A stretch of DNA of 64,000 nt, from assembly GCA_965237675.1 (NCBI GenBank), contig OZ250150.1, positions 768,001-832,000 on the forward strand, given 5' to 3'. Position numbers and translations under genes: made by a program. The notes below the pieces were generated by a model. That model saw nothing but the letters and a program-made list of their open reading frames with translations. It was not told the origin of the DNA and ran no database searches. The stretch is from Candidatus Latescibacterota bacterium (GTDB lineage: Bacteria; Latescibacterota; UBA2968; GCA-2709665). Numbering within the stretch: the first letter of the stretch is position 1; each line of letters starts with the position of its first letter. Positions 1 through 8,811 of this stretch are shown piece by piece.

Positions 1-109
1 GGATCCCCGCAAAGGTATCCTCGTCGAGCGGATCTGAAAGATCGACACCCGTGACTTCAGCCCCCAGGGCGCCGGATATGGGTTTGACGTCGGTCTGGCG
101 CAACCTCAT
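1..109 (-). CDS. TauD/TfdA family alpha-ketoglutarate dioxygenase, N-terminus only (runs off window)
   Basis: Manual translation from ATG at 109 gives MRLRQTDVKPISGALGAEVTGVDLSDPLDEDTFAGI; the P-x-x-G-A-L-G-A-E-V-x-G-V-D-L motif is the typical TauD N-terminus. Not in the ORF track because it is truncated. Confidence 0.8.
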   Translation of the reverse strand, partial: MRLRQTDVKPISGALGAEVTGVDLSDPLDEDTFAGI

Positions 110-330
110 GTCCTCATTCCTGCCGCTTCGTTCGGTTGAACTTGGGCGTTCAAACCCGGTGGCCGGGTTCGCTGAGCTAAATTATCCGCGAAAACCGGTG
201 GTATTGTCTTATAAATGGGTCACACCTGTCCCAGATCGGTTTCTGTCTCGGGCAGCAGTGGCCTTGTAGTTTGCTTAATTACCGCGAAACTTGCGACCCG
301 ATTGCGATCGTTTCCGCACTGCTCTATACG

Positions 331-420
331 TTCTGTGCCTTTTGTGCTTTTTGTGGCCATTGTCCTGCTCAACCAGTTTTGGCGCGCAAAAGCAATTGCC
401 ACAAGAGGCACAAAAACACA
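331..420. repeat. Intergenic inverted pair of short 9-mer tandem repeats
   Basis: TTCTGTGCCTTTTGTGCTTTTTGTGGC at 331-357 is roughly complementary to GCCACAAGAGGCACAAAAACACA at 398-420. Confidence 0.6.
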
Positions 421-668
421 TTAGATCACACCGGTCCAAAACCGATTCCTGTCTTGGACAGCAGTGATACTGGGTTGTTTTTCAATAATGTTAGCGTAGC
501 ATATTACGACAACCTTTTAAATCTCGGAATCCGGTTGGTCAGACCGATGTTGCGCGTTCTATAGTGGGCGGATTCATCGATATAATCCGGAGCTTTCCAG
601 CTTTTTGGGTCTTTATCCTGTCGATCCTGTCCATCCAAGTTAATTTCGATTTAGGGAATAAAAAAAGG

Positions 669-1445
669 CTAGTCCGACATCCCGTCGATTGCGCTCATCT
701 CGCCATCGGACAAGGTCCATTCAAAGACATCCAGGTTGGCCCGGAGATGCGGTTCCGTGCTGGCTTTCGGAATGACGTTCATGCCTTTCTGGATCAACCA
801 CCTGAGCGCGACGTGCGCGGACGTCCTGGTGTGGTTGCGGGCGATATTCGAAAGTACGGGATCCTGAAGGATATTCTTCTTTCCCAGTGGCGAGTAGGCC
901 GTTACGGCCACCTTGTGATCCAGGCACCACTGCAGCACGTCGCGCTGTTCATAGCCAGGATGGGTTTTGATCTGGTTGACGCTGATCGGCGCTTTCGAAA
1001 TCGAACGGGCTTCTTTCATTTGCTCGACGGAGAAGTTGCTGACACCGATACTTCTGGCCTTGCCGGCGTCGACGATCGCGTTGAAGGCGCCGATGGCTTC
1101 TTCCATAGGTACATTATCGGGCGGCCAGTGTACCAGCAGCAAATCCACGTAGTCCATCTGCAGATACTGTAGATTCTCATCCGCCTGTTTGATGGCGACG
1201 TCGTAATGCAGGTAGTCCTTGCCAACTTTGGTCGTCACATACAGCCTTGAACGGTCGAAGCCGGCTTCCCGAAGCGCTTCGCCGATCTCCCGCTGATTCC
1301 CGTAGATCCAGGCCGTATCGAAGTGAGTGTAGCCGAGATCGAGGGCCTTTTTGATCACCTGCTTGCACGGTTCGCCTTTCAGCGGATATGTGCCGAGGCC
1401 CACAACCGGCATGGTGTGACCGGAAAGCAGTGTCAAGGATTCCAT
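669..1445 (-). CDS. Aldo/keto reductase (2,5-DKG reductase-like)
   Basis: Motifs GLGTY, FDTAWIYGNQ, YVDLLLVHWP, IGVSNFS, AYSPLG, IPKAS. Start taken at MESLTL, downstream of the ORF-track start. Confidence 0.95.
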   Translation of the reverse strand: MESLTLLSGHTMPVVGLGTYPLKGEPCKQVIKKALDLGYTHFDTAWIYGNQREIGEALREAGFDRSRLYVTTKVGKDYLHYDVAIKQADENLQYLQMDYVDLLLVHWPPDNVPMEEAIGAFNAIVDAGKARSIGVSNFSVEQMKEARSISKAPISVNQIKTHPGYEQRDVLQWCLDHKVAVTAYSPLGKKNILQDPVLSNIARNHTRTSAHVALRWLIQKGMNVIPKASTEPHLRANLDVFEWTLSDGEMSAIDGMSD

Positions 1446-1611
1446 CGTCTTCTCCCTGATGTCGAGGTGGCGAAGTGTAACATTATCGCGTGCAAACGAG
1501 TTGAGGGGCAAGGAGCGGATACCTGGTGGCCGCAGCCTGTAAATTACGAAGAAACACGGGGCGACGGCAAGTTGTAACGGAGCCGGGGGCAACGAACAGG
1601 ACGCCAGTCCT

Positions 1612-2388
1612 TCAGCGAGGTGTGACGATATTGGGGCGGTCGTAGGTATCGGGTTCTTCGCGGAGCGAGTAACCCATGTCTTCCAGCCGGTAACGAGGGT
1701 GGTAACCGAGGACCTTCGCCGCCCTGGAGAGATCCCAGCGGCGCCGGCTGCTTTCTCCCACGAGGGTGATTATTTCGTAGCCGATGTCGGGAGCTTTCAG
1801 GGCGAGTTTGTAGGCCTGTATGAGGTCGGGAAAAGCGAGCCACTGGGGCAGAACGGGTGCGTTCCTGATTTCCGGTTCGTCAAGGTCGACGGGTTTGGGG
1901 ATACGCATACAGAGAACCGAGAGGTCATGCATCGTGGCGTAGTATTCGGCGATTTTTTCGCCCAGATATTTGGTAAGCGCGTAGCTCCCTACGGGTTTCG
2001 CCGGCGCGTTGCCCTCAACCCACTGCGGCGCGGGATAGCCCCAGACGACGGTCAGGCTGCTGGTGTAGATCACCCGCTTGAGCCGATGACGCCGGGCGGC
2101 CTCAAAGAGGTTATAGGTGCCTTTGACGTTGATATCCATCCGCTGGCTGTTGAAGGCGTCCTCTTCGTAGTCGCCTTCTCTTCCAGTGGCGATGGCCAGG
2201 TGGATGGCCATGTCCATCCCTTCCGCGGCATCGCAGACCTGGTCGATATCCGTAACGTCTACCTGATGCCAACGGGGGTCATCCGCAATAGAACGCCGGC
2301 TCAGGAGGCGCAGTTCGTGATCGTTCTCAAGCGCGGGTACCAGCCTGCTGCCAATGACGCCCGTGGCGCCTGTGATGAGGATTTTCAT
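1612..2388 (-). CDS. NAD-dependent epimerase/dehydratase (uronate dehydrogenase-like)
   Basis: N-terminal GATGVIG Rossmann motif, TSS, YALTK (YxxxK). Confidence 0.9.
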   Translation of the reverse strand: MKILITGATGVIGSRLVPALENDHELRLLSRRSIADDPRWHQVDVTDIDQVCDAAEGMDMAIHLAIATGREGDYEEDAFNSQRMDINVKGTYNLFEAARRHRLKRVIYTSSLTVVWGYPAPQWVEGNAPAKPVGSYALTKYLGEKIAEYYATMHDLSVLCMRIPKPVDLDEPEIRNAPVLPQWLAFPDLIQAYKLALKAPDIGYEIITLVGESSRRRWDLSRAAKVLGYHPRYRLEDMGYSLREEPDTYDRPNIVTPR

Positions 2389-2937
2389 AGGTGGGTAGTT
2401 TCAGAATACGTTGGGGATCCCCGTCCGGCGACGCGAAACAGGAGGACTCGTGAATTGGGGGAACCGGCAATGGGTGAGACGTTTCTTGCCTTTCCAATAT
2501 GTTAGGATGTCTGCCTGGAAGGTATGTAGATTACACAACTGAACAGCTTTAAATATTCCCCCTTATCAAGGGTGGGCTTGGCGCGATAGACTCACAGATG
2601 GATCGAATAGCATCTCAGTCCGAAACTAAGGATTAATCACGGGGATTTACTGCTTGACCGGGCCGTAGCGCAACACTACACTTTCTTGCATACGCGAACG
2701 TCAGATTCAATTTATGCCATCGCCCCGGAACCACCTAATATCGCTATTGGCGGAACAAATCAGCGAGATCTGCCAACAATGGCGCAGGGGTGCCAAACGA
2801 AATATAGCGGAGGTGGATGCTTTGGTCAATTCAACATCACTGAACCATTAGGCGTGAAGAATCGATCGAAGACAGGGGAAATTACAGGAAGAAGTGCATC
2901 GACTACTGTAAAGCACATAACTGAATGGAGTGATCCA

Positions 2938-3621
2938 ATGCCTATCCAACACACACTCTGGACAATCGACAATCCGCCGGTGGAAGTCGAGACATCCAAG
3001 CTTGCCGATGAGAAACGGCTGGAGGATATGATTGAGTCCAAACTTAGTATCCTTTCAGACGATTGGATGCTGATTGGTCGACAGATAGAAACGGATACTG
3101 GTGGACGAGTCGATCTACTGGCCATTGCATCGGACGCATCTCTAGTGTTGATTGAATTGAAACGCAACAAAACCCCACGCGACGTGATTGCACAGACACT
3201 TGACTACGCCGTTTGGCTGAAAAAATTAGATCCTGAAGATGTAACCGAACTCTATGAAAGATACAATTCCGGCGCGTCGCTCAGTAAGGCCTTTCAAGAT
3301 CGATTTGAAAGGGTCCTCGACGACGACGAAGAGCCAATTAATCATACCCACCAACTCGTCGTGGTCGCGTCAACCCTCGATCCAAGCAGCGAACGCATTG
3401 TAACGTACCTCCAAGGCTGGGGCGTTCCCATCAACGTGCTCACCTTCGAAGTTTTCCGTCATGGCAATACGCAATTCCTCAGCCGGGCCTGGTTGCTACA
3501 ACCGCTGGATACTATGGAATCCGCCACCTCCGGTCCCCGCGAAAGGCTCGCGTGGAACAATGAGTTCTATGCTTGCTTCGGTCACGACGAAAATCGCGAT
3601 TGGGACGAGGCAGTAAAATAT
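2938..3621 (+). pseudogene. NucS/DUF91-like PD-(D/E)xK endonuclease gene, 5' part, interrupted by IS1595 element
   Basis: GRVDLLAI...LVLIELKR nuclease motif and Q-x-x-x-Y (AQTLDY). The frame reads DEAVKY up to the target duplication, then enters the IS end. Confidence 0.85.
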
Positions 3622-3685
3622 GGGAATTATAACCCAAAGTGCCAAAAAGCAAAGCTTGGAAAGAGAAATCGAATAAGAAATCTGC

Positions 3686-3874
3686 CTACGCCCCCCGATT
3701 CTTTAGCCACGCTTTCCACGCCTTTTTCGTTTCCTCCCCCTTGCCTGATTCCACCAACGGCGGATCATCGGGAAAGATCGCCCGGACCGCTTCCTCTATC
3801 TCCGCTTTGCTCGACTGATACTCACTCCCGACAGCCTTGACAACCGGTTTCTTCTTTGCGGTCTCGGAACCCAT
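3686..3874 (-). CDS. Small hypothetical protein (IS passenger)
   Basis: 62-aa ORF with AAGGA-like RBS, directly downstream of the RelE-like gene. Confidence 0.5.
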   Translation of the reverse strand: MGSETAKKKPVVKAVGSEYQSSKAEIEEAVRAIFPDDPPLVESGKGEETKKAWKAWLKNRGA

Positions 3875-3892
3875 AGTGTTTTTCCTTTTTCG

Positions 3893-4228
3893 TTATTTCT
3901 TGTCGTACGCGCCTTGCCGATGGTCCATATCTACGACATAGATTTTCCCCGAAAAACGTTTGTAAAAAATCCGATAGGGCCTCTTTTCAATCCTAAACAT
4001 GGGATCATCAAAAGGTCGTCCTTGTATCTTTTTCGACCCCTTCAGGCTTAGAGGATTTTTGAGACTTTCAATTTTCTCGACGGCAGAACGCCTAACCCTC
4101 GGTTGCAAAGCATCCAAAAATCCCCGGACAGTATCCCGAATGACAATTTCTTGCTCTGCGGGTTCAGGTTGTCCTGTGCCTCCTGTCAGCAAAGGAGCCT
4201 TCCTGGAACCTCCACGTGCTTTATTCAC
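3893..4228 (-). CDS. RelE/ParE-family type II toxin (IS passenger)
   Basis: Pattern FLDAL...VRR...KIESLKNP...SKKIQG...FRIEKRPYRIFY...IYVVDMDHRQGAY matches the RelE fold signature. Confidence 0.75.
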   Translation of the reverse strand: MNKARGGSRKAPLLTGGTGQPEPAEQEIVIRDTVRGFLDALQPRVRRSAVEKIESLKNPLSLKGSKKIQGRPFDDPMFRIEKRPYRIFYKRFSGKIYVVDMDHRQGAYDKK

Positions 4229-4530
4229 CGACTGTCCCTCTTGGCTTTCTTGAAATATCTCTGTGTCTCCTTAGTGGAAAGCATCCTGCTCTTTCCCGTC
4301 CGAAGTTCCTCATCAATTTCTAAAGACCGGGACAGAAACGGATCTTCCTCCTGTTCCACAATAACATCATCCTGACGAGCACCACCCCGCACCCGTGCAA
4401 TGAATCCAAACACAACATCTGTAACGCCCATGACAACCCTCCTTGTCGTTCTCACTCTTATCGACACGGACAGCAACGAATATTCGCCAGAACAGCCAGG
4501 ACAATCATCGCGCCCATCATTGTAATCCAC
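4225..4530 (-). CDS. Putative antitoxin / hypothetical (IS passenger); start uncertain
   Basis: Overlaps the toxin start by 4 nt (GTGA). Acidic C-terminal helix EEDPFLSRSLEIDEELRTGKSRMLS resembles RelB-type antitoxin tails. Confidence 0.5.
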   Translation of the reverse strand: MDYNDGRDDCPGCSGEYSLLSVSIRVRTTRRVVMGVTDVVFGFIARVRGGARQDDVIVEQEEDPFLSRSLEIDEELRTGKSRMLSTKETQRYFKKAKRDSR

Positions 4531-4593
4531 ATTACGAGGACGATCTTATCTGCCCGGCCCTCTTTCATGATCTCTATTCCCTACCTCTCCGCT

Positions 4594-4728
4594 TTAAAAA
4601 CCGCTCCGTGCGCTCCCGTAAGCCCTCAGAATCGTCTTTCTCTTCCTTGTCCGCATCCAACCCTCAACAACCTCTTTGGCGTCCTCTCCCGCCCTTACGC
4701 GCTCTATTAACTCTGTTGCCTTGTTCAT
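4594..4728 (-). CDS. Small hypothetical protein, weak Phd/YefM-like motif (IS passenger)
   Basis: MNKATELIERVRAGED; GGGG-type RBS upstream; first gene after a sigma70-like promoter. Confidence 0.4.
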   Translation of the reverse strand: MNKATELIERVRAGEDAKEVVEGWMRTRKRKTILRAYGSARSGF

Positions 4729-4746
4729 GGTAAACCCCCTGCTAAA

Positions 4747-4775
4747 ATTGTCCAGAAAATTCTTGCGTCTTGTCA
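4747..4775 (-). promoter_or_regulatory. Sigma70-like promoter for the passenger TA operon
   Basis: Minus strand TTGACA, then about 18 bp, then GACAAT. Confidence 0.5.
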
Positions 4776-4863
4776 AGTGAGAATATTATATTGCGCTCGT
4801 TGCCCGACACTCTTTTTACACGGCATAAAGTAAAAGTCCGCCACCAAAAGAGGAGGAAATACC

Positions 4864-5745
4864 ATGCAACATTTATTCGGCTGGCTCTTTATTGCGACCT
4901 TTATTGTCACGATAGTCGGCCTGATAAAACCCTCCGCTTTATGCATAAAACGTCTTGCGACTCGACTTAGAGTCTTCTGGACGGGAACAACTGCATTATT
5001 TGTATTCTTCGTGCTCTTTAGCGCCGTTTCTCCAGAGACGGAAGACGCCAAACAAAGACGATTGGCTGAAGAAACGGAAGCCAAAGATCAAGAACGCGTT
5101 ACGGCTTTGCATGAAGCAGAACAAGCCAGAGCCGATGCAGAAACGCAAGCTAAGATCGAAGCAGAACTGGCCGCCGCCGAAAAGGCCAAAGAACGTGCCC
5201 GAAAAGACAAAGAGACACGAGAAGCCTTAGAACGCAAAGCAAACTTGGAGCGTGAAGCCAAAGAAAAAGCAGAATCCACACCCCATTTTTCCTTTACTGT
5301 AGACCAGTTCATGAATCGGTACACAAAAACAAGAAAAGTGATTGGTATCCGTCCATATTTCCTTCGGGAAACAAAAAAAACTGATTATGACGAATTTCAG
5401 GTGTTGATCCTGCAACCCAACGAAGACTCGCAATGGTACTTCTCAGTAAAAGTATCGAAAATTATAAATACCGTAGTGGCTTTTGAATATGTGCGTTTCA
5501 TCGTGAAAGGCGACGACCCAGGAGAACTCACAAAACAGTTTTTAACGGAAACCGTTGCCTTCATTGTAGGCATTGAGGATTTCGATCTGCCTGATGACAG
5601 ACTTGGGAAAAGACTCGATGATCTTGACTTCAATTCAGTCATGACAGAGGGACAGGAAACAAAAGCCTATGGCGAAAACGTCGTCTACAAAGCCGTATTC
5701 GTAAAAGCCGTATCAATGTTATCGTTGTCCGCAACGCCCCGATAA
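4864..5745 (+). CDS. Membrane-anchored coiled-coil hypothetical protein (IS passenger)
   Basis: GAGGAGG RBS, two N-terminal hydrophobic segments, Ala/Glu/Lys-rich coiled coil, globular C-terminus. Confidence 0.8.
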   Translation: MQHLFGWLFIATFIVTIVGLIKPSALCIKRLATRLRVFWTGTTALFVFFVLFSAVSPETEDAKQRRLAEETEAKDQERVTALHEAEQARADAETQAKIEAELAAAEKAKERARKDKETREALERKANLEREAKEKAESTPHFSFTVDQFMNRYTKTRKVIGIRPYFLRETKKTDYDEFQVLILQPNEDSQWYFSVKVSKIINTVVAFEYVRFIVKGDDPGELTKQFLTETVAFIVGIEDFDLPDDRLGKRLDDLDFNSVMTEGQETKAYGENVVYKAVFVKAVSMLSLSATPR

Positions 5746-5759
5746 ATCTACACCGTCTC

Positions 5760-6104
5760 ATGAGCCAGGAGATACAAATGACCCAAGAATCCGAAGACGA
5801 AAAAATCGACCGGTTGTTTAAAGAACTTGGAACCCGCGTATACGCTGTCGAATGTATGATAGTAGGACTATGCCTACGTTTAGCGAGCACGCTTTCCGAA
5901 GACCCTAAAGCCGAAGTCGAAAAACTCAGAAACAATGCTCACCATATAATGAATCAATTTAACCTACTCCCCAATCTCTACGATTCAGAGTTTCATGGAA
6001 TTGCGGAGGCAAGATTGCATCTCCATGACCGTCTTACTCAGGTGAAGTCAAATATGGATGCTTTCCTCTCGCAACCCGCGCCTCAGACTCGGCACACACC
6101 TTGA
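5760..6104 (+). CDS. Hypothetical protein (IS passenger)
   Basis: 114-aa helical ORF immediately after 4864..5745; CAGGAG RBS before the second Met. Confidence 0.55.
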   Translation: MSQEIQMTQESEDEKIDRLFKELGTRVYAVECMIVGLCLRLASTLSEDPKAEVEKLRNNAHHIMNQFNLLPNLYDSEFHGIAEARLHLHDRLTQVKSNMDAFLSQPAPQTRHTP

Positions 6105-6225
6105 GGAACTCCTCCCTCGCCTCAAGATATGCCTCGTCGCTCGGATAATTTTCCGGTATAAATATGTCTGTATTCGGAATTCTCGGAATATCCTTTGCTA
6201 CTTCACTTGTTGGCCTCAAACTCAT
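6034..6225 (-). CDS. Small hypothetical protein translationally coupled to the transposase
   Basis: ATGA overlap with the transposase stop; 63 aa. Confidence 0.45.
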   Translation of the reverse strand: MSLRPTSEVAKDIPRIPNTDIFIPENYPSDEAYLEAREEFLKVCAESEARVARGKHPYLTSPE

Positions 6226-7166
6226 GCCGTCAGTTCCTCATATTTAAGCCGCTTGCCGATCATGTCCCGGACGATCCACCCCATCTGGACAATCGTATCG
6301 GCCTCGCGGGCGTTGTGTCTTCCTGCAAACTCCGCAACGTACCGCCCAAGATGTTTTACGCTCAGCCGGTGATACGTTCCGTGATAACCCCTCTTGAGTA
6401 ACGCCCAGAAGGACTCCAAACCGTTCGTAGACGCTTGCCCGTCCACGTACTCCCCAGCACTGTGTTTCACCTGTTTGTGATGCACGCCGGACAAGCCTTG
6501 GTACGCAGTCGCTTCGTCCGTAAACACCTGCGCGCCCGGCGCAACCCTGTGATATACAAACTGCTTCAAAGTCTTACCGTCAACAGCCGCCGCAACCTCA
6601 GCGTCAATACGGCCCGTCTCCCGGTCTTTCGCCCCCACCACCGCCGTCTTGCCTACCGTACCACGTCCGGCGTGGAGTTTCTTTTTGGCATGTTTGTTCT
6701 TCTCTTTCCCGCCGATATACGTTTCATCTACCTCTACCGGCCCGGAGAAGAAATCGCCCTCATTCTCGAAAGCCTTGCGGATGCGGTGCGCCAGGTGCCA
6801 TGCGTTCTTCTGGGCGATGTCGAGATCCCGGTGTAACTTCATTGACGATACACCTTTGATGTTTGTGGTGAAAAGGTAGATCGCAATAAGCCAGTCATGG
6901 TATCCCAATTTGGAAGATTGCATGACCGTTCCAACACGGACGCTAAAACGCTTCCGGCAACCGTTACGTCGGCACCGCAAGGGCATGGACTTATGGGCCG
7001 TCCCGATCTGGATGTTGTCATAACCGCAATAAGGGCACCGGGGGCCTTCCGGCCAGCGGATGCGGGAGAAGAACACTTCCGCCGCTGCATCGTCGGGAAA
7101 CACCTTGAACAGTTTCTTGAGAGAAATCCCTTTTCTGTGATTTTTCCCCGGCCCCTTCGGTCCCAT
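6222..7166 (-). CDS. IS1595-family DDE transposase
   Basis: Zn ribbon CPYCG...CRRNGC, GVSSMKLHRDL HTH, VEVDETY, FTDEATAY, TNGLESFWALLKRG, HLGRYVAEF. Start at MGPKG (7166) or GTG (7181). Confidence 0.95.
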   Translation of the reverse strand: MGPKGPGKNHRKGISLKKLFKVFPDDAAAEVFFSRIRWPEGPRCPYCGYDNIQIGTAHKSMPLRCRRNGCRKRFSVRVGTVMQSSKLGYHDWLIAIYLFTTNIKGVSSMKLHRDLDIAQKNAWHLAHRIRKAFENEGDFFSGPVEVDETYIGGKEKNKHAKKKLHAGRGTVGKTAVVGAKDRETGRIDAEVAAAVDGKTLKQFVYHRVAPGAQVFTDEATAYQGLSGVHHKQVKHSAGEYVDGQASTNGLESFWALLKRGYHGTYHRLSVKHLGRYVAEFAGRHNAREADTIVQMGWIVRDMIGKRLKYEELTA

Positions 7167-7195
7167 CTCATCAACCCCCACAAAGGAGAACTACT

Positions 7196-7441
7196 ATGCC
7201 TCAAAACGAAAAACACACATGGACAACAGGTGAACTCGCCGCTACTTCTTTTCTTGCCATACGGGAAATCATTCGATCCCTCGACGACGAAACTCGACAA
7301 TCTCTTTCGGAAAACCTTCATCGTCGAGCTCTTGAGATTCAACAAGGGACATTATCAATTCATTTTCCTGGGCAAATTGACGGTGTTGTCGCCGAGAGTC
7401 TTCTATTGCTCTCGAAATACTCTGCCACTCCTGAATCCTAA
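7196..7441 (+). CDS. Hypothetical protein divergent from the transposase (IS passenger)
   Basis: AAGGAG RBS at about 7183-7188; 81 aa. Confidence 0.5.
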   Translation: MPQNEKHTWTTGELAATSFLAIREIIRSLDDETRQSLSENLHRRALEIQQGTLSIHFPGQIDGVVAESLLLLSKYSATPES

Positions 7442-7501
7442 TAGCGTCCATTCCCATCGAACATCACTCCTTTAAACTTGTATCGTCTTTGTTTACAATT
7501 A

Positions 7502-7530
7502 AATATAACGATTTTATTAAGGCTTGTCAA
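7502..7530 (-). promoter_or_regulatory. Inward-facing sigma70 promoter just inside the right TIR
   Basis: Minus strand TTGACA-17 bp-TATATT, pointing toward the transposase. Confidence 0.7.
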
Positions 7531-7570
7531 GCTAATTCTTGGCACTTTGGGTTATAATTCCCTAAAATAT

Positions 7571-7975
7571 GGCTTCATTTCCGGTGGCGGAGGTAAGTGG
7601 TATAGTAGCTCGCTAAAAATGCTGGAGAAGGGTGCCCGTGTCTGGGTAAAGATTCCTGGCAAGGGGTTCGTGGGCGTAGCCCGAATTAAAGGGTCAAGGC
7701 AATCAGCTACGGAGTTTAAGCTTGATGACGGACGTCCAGCGCTTGAAGTGTTGCAGGCGAAACACCACCGCGATGTCGGAGACGACCCCGAATTGATGGA
7801 ATACTTCGTGCCGGTCAAATGGCTCGATACTGTTTCAGTTGGCAAAGCCGTTCGGGAGCCTGGTATGTTTGGCAACCAGAACACTGTCTGTAAACCCAAA
7901 TCGAAAAAATGGCAGCCAACAATCGATAAATTGAAAGACGTTTTCAGAAAGTTTGACGACGAGTTTGAAATGTAA
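7571..7975 (+). pseudogene. NucS/DUF91-like gene, 3' part
   Basis: Continues in frame after the target duplication: (KY)GFISGGGGKWYSSSLKMLEKGARVWVKIPGKGFVGVA. The joined product is 362 aa. Confidence 0.85.
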
Positions 7976-7982
7976 CATTTCG

Positions 7983-8107
7983 TAGGAGCCTGTCGAAATC
8001 CCTCAGGCAGACACTCACGTCATATTATATATAATGGAATTTCGTAACTTTATATCGATATTTAGTATATCGACGCCTACGACGGGAGGTCCTCCGAAGG
8101 GCTCCTG
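7983..8107. mobile_element. Possible small MITE remnant
   Basis: Imperfect inverted ends GGAGCCTGTCGA and TCCGAAGGGCTCC, preceded by TAG, with an AT-rich core. Confidence 0.35.
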
Positions 8108-8811
8108 GTCAACGGCACCGAAATTGCATACATCGATCTCCAAGACAAACTGGTACCCGCGTTCATCGGTTCGTCATTCACAACCTTGTAGATTGGTGCA
8201 AGTCAAACAAACACGCAATGATAAATGCCTGATAGTATTAAAATTCCACTTGTGATATCGATAGATTTATCGATACTATTTACTGCAAAGGAAAACGAAT
8301 CTGCAACGAAGTTCTGGCACGAGCGATATTTACATGGGTCAGATCCAAAGATTCCTGAAAAGAGCCGTGCGTGGGTTTTTGCTGTTTCTGGGTTTTCAAG
8401 TGCCCTGTAAAGTATACGAAATGGTCGAATTGTGATATTCGTAGTGCAGTCTGCATTATGCGTGTTCGGTGGACGTGTTGTGGATGTTCTGCCATGGCGG
8501 GGGGCGAGGTTTAAGGTGGCGCAACTGAGAATAATTGCCCAAATTGAGCAAACGGAATCCACGCCCCAATAGGAATTACACATTCGCCGCCACGGACCTA
8601 ATGGTGCTGAAAATGAGATTTGGCAAATGCCCTCGGTAGCTACGCTGCACGTCTAACCGATACCCATTGCGGGGAATCGAGGCAATGGGACGCGAACGCA
8701 TTGCGGTTCCTTCTGACGGAGCCGAATCGATGAGCGGACCTGTATCCGTTATGCGATCGAATTCAGCGAAATGTCCGTGTTAGTTGACAGCTACTGGAGA
8801 GAGCCGTTAAG

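Larger units (their letters stand above)
3622..7562. mobile_element. IS1595-family transporter IS (tIS) with passenger genes, 3,941 bp
   Basis: Perfect 24-bp TIRs GGGAATTATAACCCAAAGTGCCAA (3622-3645) and TTGGCACTTTGGGTTATAATTCCC (7539-7562). 8-bp direct repeat TAAAATAT at 3614-3621 and 7563-7570. Internal DDE transposase. Confidence 0.95.

Noticed and set aside
2686-3840. 384-aa ORF as a complete gene
   Set aside because: The real start is probably ATG 2938, and everything after 3621 is read-through into the IS end; the true C-terminus is at 7571-7975.
7478-7975. 165-aa ORF as an independent gene
   Set aside because: Its first ~30 codons are IS terminal sequence; the rest is the 3' half of the interrupted nuclease gene.
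8034-8583. Short ORFs between the IS-split gene and the three-gene operon
   Set aside because: No RBS, motif or consistent coding bias; treated as non-coding.
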